In this document: piece after piece, positions 61,918-64,000 of the stretch
Position numbering within the stretch: the stretch's first letter is position 1
Layout of the letters: every line of letters starts with the position of its first letter
NCBI RefSeq assembly: GCF_018977255.1
Contig: NW_024704742.1
Location: forward strand, 6,760,001 to 6,824,000
Reading direction: 5' to 3'
Length of the DNA stretch: 64,000 nt
DNA from: Callorhinchus milii
Lineage: Eukaryota
Program-made: the position numbers and the translations under genes
The notes under the pieces: model-generated
The model's database searches: none
Told to the model about the DNA's origin: nothing
Seen by the model: the letters and a program-made list of their open reading frames with translations, nothing else

Positions 61918-62277
61918 ACAATAATAATCCTTGCATTTGATATAGTACCTTATCACATCTTTAAGACGTCTCAAAGCACTTCACAGAATATACTGTAAGG
62001 TGAATTGACTGTATATTTTGTGGGCGAAACGCGGCAGCCAATTACGCACAGCAGCGTCCCACCAACAGTAGTGGTTGAGTGACCAGTTTTTTTTAAGAAA
62101 TTACTAGCCCCGGAAAAGGAATCCGCCAACCAACTAACAACCGGGTTCCTACTTACTGCCAGATAAACAGAGGCGTGTGGAGTAAGGGTACTTCATCAAC
62201 ATTTCGCCCTGCTGGGAATCAAACGCAGGTCTCACGCTTGCGAGGCAAGTGCTCTAACCACTGAGCTGCAGGACTTC
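61918..62277 (-). mobile_element. SINE variant A, full length, nested in an older SINE
   Basis: Complete reverse-complement copy. Confidence 0.9.
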
Positions 62278-64000
62278 ACATGCACAGTGTTTGGTACTTC
62301 AGTCAAGCAGATATTATTCCTCTATGAGCCTAGACTGAGTCCCAGTAGTTTATTTAACCATTCGAGTGAGAACCCAATCTTCTCCTCATCGAATGCCCAG
62401 TCACAAGCAAAAATCACTGCGTAGCAATCAAAACCCGAAATGAAAAATGATTAAATTCAGTCTCAATTTCTTTTTAAGGTGCTTTGGATGAGTTGGCTAA
62501 AACTGGTTTTCAGATTGACTGTAGTTTGAGAATTTTTCACAATTTTACCTGTTAGTTTTATAAGGTGGAGTTGCTGACCTCTGGAACCCTGACTGACTTG
62601 CCTCTTGTTTAAGCAAGGGGTACTGAAGGATATTAACGCTAACAGTGACGTCTCTACTGCTGCCTTGTGACACGTTTCTGACCGTCTCTTCACTATTTTC
62701 CACACAAAAAGTTTCAGAAGTTCCATGAATCGCAGTACAAGTTGGTCAAGTAACTGGGATATGAATGACACTTGGTTGGTGGTGAAGGATTAATCTCAAT
62801 AAAGGAAAACAAAGGAGACCTCTGGCCATTAAATGAGGGACAAATAGGGTGGAGGAGGAGATCGAAGGAGACAAATTGATGTGAAAACAAAGCAAATTAT
62901 TTGAGAATATGTCAATATGTCTGAAATTGCAGATTTTTAGACACATTAACCAGCAAAGAAACACATCCTCAGTAGCCCATTACACACCTGTGTAGTACAG
63001 TTTGAATTGAGATCAACTGAAGTCTGATTTAGGAAAGTGGTCTATAGATCTTTACTGTGTGTGTGTAGCATTTAAAGAAGTGCATAAACACCCAAAAACT
63101 GTTAACATGACAGTTTCATGTTGTAAATAAATGTGGAGAATTTTCTGTGCTTAAACCTCATTTCTCTCAGCACTTACAATGGGGAGTTGTGTAAATTCTC
63201 AATGCAATCTCTACAATTTATTTCCCATTACATGCCTGGTGCTGACAAATTTTGTTCGTTCAACCATGTTTGGGAGCTGGGTAACAGACATTCCATTATT
63301 TTAGCCTTTATAAAGCTCTCCGTTTATTTCATATCTTTCAGCACAGGAACATAATTGTGGTCTTAAATAAGACTGAATGCTGCTAATGTTACCTTGAGTA
63401 AGCGTTACACAGTCAGCATATCAGCAGAGCAAAGCCAAGTTGAGGTCCATTGGACCTTTGAGTCATGTCTTCTGAGCTTTCCACTAACTATACAAAAGCA
63501 GGCTTTCAAATCCAGGAAGATAAATCCAGTGATGTAAAAATCTGAAAAATACTATGTTGGTGTTCGAAGAATATATTCCTAGCGAGATATTCAATGTTTT
63601 ATGAGGTTAGAAAGCTAGAAGGGAAAACTGATTTGACTAAAAGGCCAGTCTTTTATTGTTAGAAAATGGAAATGGGGAATTTTCAGTTAACAGTGCCTTC
63701 ATTGAAAGATAAGTGAGAATGAGAAAAGAGTATTAAATTCACTTGAGGTCCTGTTTCAGAGCCCAATCTTACATAGAATGATATGGTTTGGAAGTAAGCT
63801 GTTCAGCCCAACAGTGGCAATACTTATCTTCCACACAAGCTATTCTCTTCTCCTCTACACCTATTCCCTTCTCCCTCATGCATCCATTATATTTTCTCCT
63901 AAATACATTGATGTTTATTGCTTCAGCCAAAGCTTACAACGTGAATTCTCACCCCCCACTGCATAAAGAAGTTCCTCCTAAACTTCCTTTCCGATCTGAT

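Noticed and set aside
61162..64000. Further upstream FAT4 exon
   Set aside because: No segment encoding the expected preceding LamG sequence was found; it probably lies outside the window.

Overview
Eukaryotic, repeat-rich vertebrate DNA. The SINE/LINE content points to a cartilaginous fish, probably a chimaera such as Callorhinchus (inference). The only protein-coding gene I can support is the 3' end of FAT4 (giant atypical cadherin) on the minus strand. It has six GT-AG exons with matching phases (61076-61161, 57212-57391, 55386-55510, 54544-54761, 51214-51475, 46535-48419) encoding LamG/EGF domains, the transmembrane helix and the cytoplasmic tail ending EEYV; earlier exons lie beyond the right edge. 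As given, the terminal exon is one base short and frameshifts near 47877. Positions 1-45,300 are gene-free downstream sequence. They are filled with about 25 copies (window-wide) of a tRNA-headed SINE in at least three structural variants, older Deu-domain SINEs, L2 and CR1 fragments, palindromic MITE-like elements and an unclassified ~600-bp structured repeat, with a few repeat-free enhancer-like islands. Nearly all ORFs in the supplied track are repeat-derived or shadow ORFs. I found no clearly new biological system. The best leads are the FAT4 frameshift, SINE variants differing in body and 3' loop, short templated duplications, long inverted repeats and a pair of RSS-like motifs. Repeat boundaries are approximate.
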